Below, one piece after another: positions 51,012 to 52,781 of a stretch of DNA of 52,781 bases. The notes under the pieces are model-generated. The model did no database searches and was not told the origin of the DNA. It worked only from the letters and a program-made list of their open reading frames with translations. Every line of letters starts with the position of its first letter. Position 1 is the stretch's first letter. The position numbers and the translations under genes were made by a program. This stretch comes from a virus, in IMG/VR virus record IMGVR_UViG_3300045988_071817, positions 1 to 52,781 of that record; one strand, given 5' to 3'.

Positions 51012-51988
51012 ATTATATCCTCAAAACTTCCAAATTTATTTTTGATATGCTTAGTATTTCCTTTATAAAATACAAGTACATTCTGATGTTGTTTTCCGAT
51101 TTTCCTAGACGCATTAAACTGAATCGGCGCTCTTACTGGCAATGTACCCGCAACATTTACTAATATTAGCTCATTGTAATAAATAGCCCCTGCATTCTGC
51201 ATAATACGCACTGTATCACCTGCAAAATCATAATATCCAGAATCTGTTTTATTTCGAATATTACCTACAACAATCACTGCAAAGCTATCATCCTCTAACA
51301 TTTGTACACAATTAGTTAGTATATTTTTATAAATATCTGTAAATTCATCGTAAGTGCTAAGATTAGATATATCCGCTGGGTCATCACTATACACCTCTAA
51401 ATCATAATAAGGTGGACAAGTAAGTAAGAAATTATACTTTTCTTCCCTATGCTCTTTAGTGTATGCGGCACTATCTGCATTTATCCAATTCACTTCAGGA
51501 AGTTCATTAGAATATCTTGCACAAATATCTTTAAACTGTGATATATTATAATCTATTTGTTTCTTACTTAAATCTATACCAGTATAATGTCTTCCACATA
51601 CACTGGCGACAATACCACGAACACTTCCGCCTGCAAATGGGTCGATAACCCTATCGCCGTCTCTTGAGAACCACTTATAAGCTATTTCGCACAGTACAGG
51701 GTCAAATATTGATGTAGCTTGAACCTTTCTTCCATACTTATCCCCAATACTTTCAGGATTACATTTTCCATAGTTTGTTTTCTTTTGTTCATCCATAGGG
51801 GTTATATCTAAATTAAAAGTTAGGTTGTCACCTCTACCGAGTTCACTTTTAATCCCAATAGATTTCCACATATTAACACGTTCTCTCCAGTATCCTTGTT
51901 TAGAATCTAATATGCTAAATGGTGGAACAATAAAGCGGTCTTTCAATAAGTTGCTCGGAATCTTTCGTTTAACTGATATTAAAGCCAT
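51005..51988 (-). CDS. DNA amino-methyltransferase (N6-adenine or N4-cytosine)
   Basis: Start set at MALISV (RBS AGGAGGtgtatataATG). SAM motif I VIDPFAGGSVRG precedes motif IV TCPPYY. SIFDPVLCE block is typical of DNA MTases. Confidence 0.75.
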   Translation of the reverse strand: MALISVKRKIPSNLLKDRFIVPPFSILDSKQGYWRERVNMWKSIGIKSELGRGDNLTFNLDITPMDEQKKTNYGKCNPESIGDKYGRKVQATSIFDPVLCEIAYKWFSRDGDRVIDPFAGGSVRGIVASVCGRHYTGIDLSKKQIDYNISQFKDICARYSNELPEVNWINADSAAYTKEHREEKYNFLLTCPPYYDLEVYSDDPADISNLSTYDEFTDIYKNILTNCVQMLEDDSFAVIVVGNIRNKTDSGYYDFAGDTVRIMQNAGAIYYNELILVNVAGTLPVRAPIQFNASRKIGKQHQNVLVFYKGNTKHIKNKFGSFEDIIC

Positions 51989-52127
51989 TATATACACCTC
52001 CTAAAATTCATCATAAATAAATGGGGACTCTTTATATTGTATTTTTACCCGATTAGCAAATTCTAAAGCATTCCCAAGTATGCAAAAACTTCTAAACCCC
52101 TTTGACCATTTAACTATTATCTTACCC

Positions 52128-52694
52128 TTATTCATAATCTTTCTCCTTCTCACATATAATATCCAGCACATTAGCTATATCTTCATTTTTAACATAAAAA
52201 CTTATCTCATTAGTGTCACCTGAAAATCTATCAATATACTTAGCAATAATATCCGATATTAAACTATAATACTTATTAGGCATATAAACTCTTATAGAAT
52301 TTTTACGCTTATATACATAAGCTAGTCGCTTTTTCTTATCGTCACTTATATAAAGGCTAATCATACTAGCATTTCTTTTATATGTTAATCTGCCAGCAAG
52401 AAGTGATTCAACAGTATCTAATAAGTTTTTAACTTCTTTTTCTCTACTTCTTTTTTTGTCAACAGATTTTTTATCTGTAGTTTCTGCATTAGTATTTAAG
52501 ACAACATCCTCTTCTTCAACAGCCTCTTCTTCAATTTCTTTCCACCATCTTTTCATAGTAGAAGCTGAAAAAGAAGTTGTTTTACCCTTTCTATCACCTG
52601 TGATAAATTCTACCATATAGGTCTTAAATCTTTCATTGTACTCTACTAATTTTACCTTAACTGTTTCGTCTTTTCTTGACACATAAACTTTCAT
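52128..52694 (-). CDS. Hypothetical protein (188 aa) with an acidic/basic central linker
   Basis: Start set at MKVYVSRKD (RBS aagaggtacaaagatATG). The longer GTG-initiated ORF runs through the promoter. Confidence 0.7.
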   Translation of the reverse strand: MKVYVSRKDETVKVKLVEYNERFKTYMVEFITGDRKGKTTSFSASTMKRWWKEIEEEAVEEEDVVLNTNAETTDKKSVDKKRSREKEVKNLLDTVESLLAGRLTYKRNASMISLYISDDKKKRLAYVYKRKNSIRVYMPNKYYSLISDIIAKYIDRFSGDTNEISFYVKNEDIANVLDIICEKEKDYE

Positions 52695-52781
52695 ATCTTT
52701 GTACCTCTTTTCTTTTTTAACTTCTGAATACAGTGTACCATATTGTAACACATATGTAAATAGTAAATTTAAAAAAAAAAT
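52683..52781. repeat. Terminal overlap identical to 1-99
   Basis: 99/99 identity with the window start. Confidence 0.95.
52732..52761 (-). promoter_or_regulatory. Promoter-leader cassette copy (TTTACA-N18-TACACT), duplicated at 50-79
   Basis: Shares the tatgtaaatagtaaatttaaaaaaaa block with the 4576-4625 copy. Its -10 box is weaker. Confidence 0.4.

Noticed and set aside
51998-52127. 130-nt intergenic gap upstream of the methyltransferase, considered as a possible promoter or small ORF.
   Set aside because: Only weak -35/-10 combinations with non-canonical spacing were found (TTAGAA-N19-TACAAT), and the only ORF is 5 codons long. This is not enough to call a feature.
52695-52751. N-terminal extensions of track ORFs: 52695-52751 (GTG start), 4520-4597, 13659-13688, 9504-9590, 47053-47166, 38755-38814, 40599-40712 and 43336-43386.
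   Set aside because: The extensions run through promoter or leader sequence or through the upstream gene. In each case an internal ATG sits 5-10 nt downstream of a GGAGG-like site, often forming a TAATG or ATGA overlap with the preceding stop.
1-52781. Temperate lifestyle elements, CRISPR arrays and recognisable defence or anti-defence cassettes.
   Set aside because: I recognised no tyrosine or serine recombinase, no CI/Cro-like divergent switch and no repeat-spacer array. The T-arm/acceptor fragments at 3378-3424 could mimic an attP core, but without an integrase that reading is unsupported. The absence of known anti-defence genes cannot be proven without searches.

Overview
The window is a complete, circularly closed dsDNA phage genome. 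It has 52,682 bp of unique sequence, and bases 1-99 are identical to 52683-52781, which is an assembly or terminal overlap. The sequence is visibly AT-rich, and strong GGAGG-type ribosome-binding sites suggest a low-GC Firmicutes (probably clostridial) host. Every credible gene lies on the minus strand, so transcription runs from high to low coordinates and wraps around the junction. No integrase, repressor module or CRISPR array was seen, so the phage looks lytic.

Modules in transcription order:
(1) Early/middle genes, 52694->34676. These include a DNA methyltransferase translationally coupled to a truncated PLP-dependent ACC-deaminase/D-cysteine-desulfhydrase-like enzyme, a beta-type sliding clamp, a Cas4-like exonuclease, an HNH endonuclease, RuvC, a RecA-like recombinase and three clamp-loader subunits. 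Many small Cys-rich proteins and an orphan fibre-like protein are also present.
(2) Late genes, 34565->17028. These are TerS, TerL, portal, MuF-like protein, scaffold, major capsid, connectors, tail tube, chaperones, tape measure, Dit, Tal-like protein, fibre, holin, endolysin and membrane proteins.
(3) A terminator-bounded accessory module, 16937->13770. It holds a sigma-region-4-only regulator and six unusual Cys-rich proteins that resemble spore-surface proteins.
(4) The replication module, 13658->99. It includes an SNF2 helicase, a replisome organizer with internal iterons, a DnaC-like loader, DnaB, DnaG, a second HNH endonuclease, a tRNA / tRNA-like RNA locus, a gp32-like SSB and a family-A DNA polymerase.

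Recurrent promoter-leader cassettes and hairpin-plus-T-tract terminators punctuate the genome.

The items most worth follow-up are:
- the accessory module at 13.8-16.9 kb;
- the MTase-PLP enzyme pair;
- the non-canonical tRNA-like RNAs and the structured ORF-free segment at 3.3-4.0 kb;
- the interleaved perfect inverted repeats at 9.5-9.7 kb;
- the GTTATTAAC site array at 29.4-29.5 kb.

All functional calls come from reading motifs in the translated ORFs. No database search was possible.
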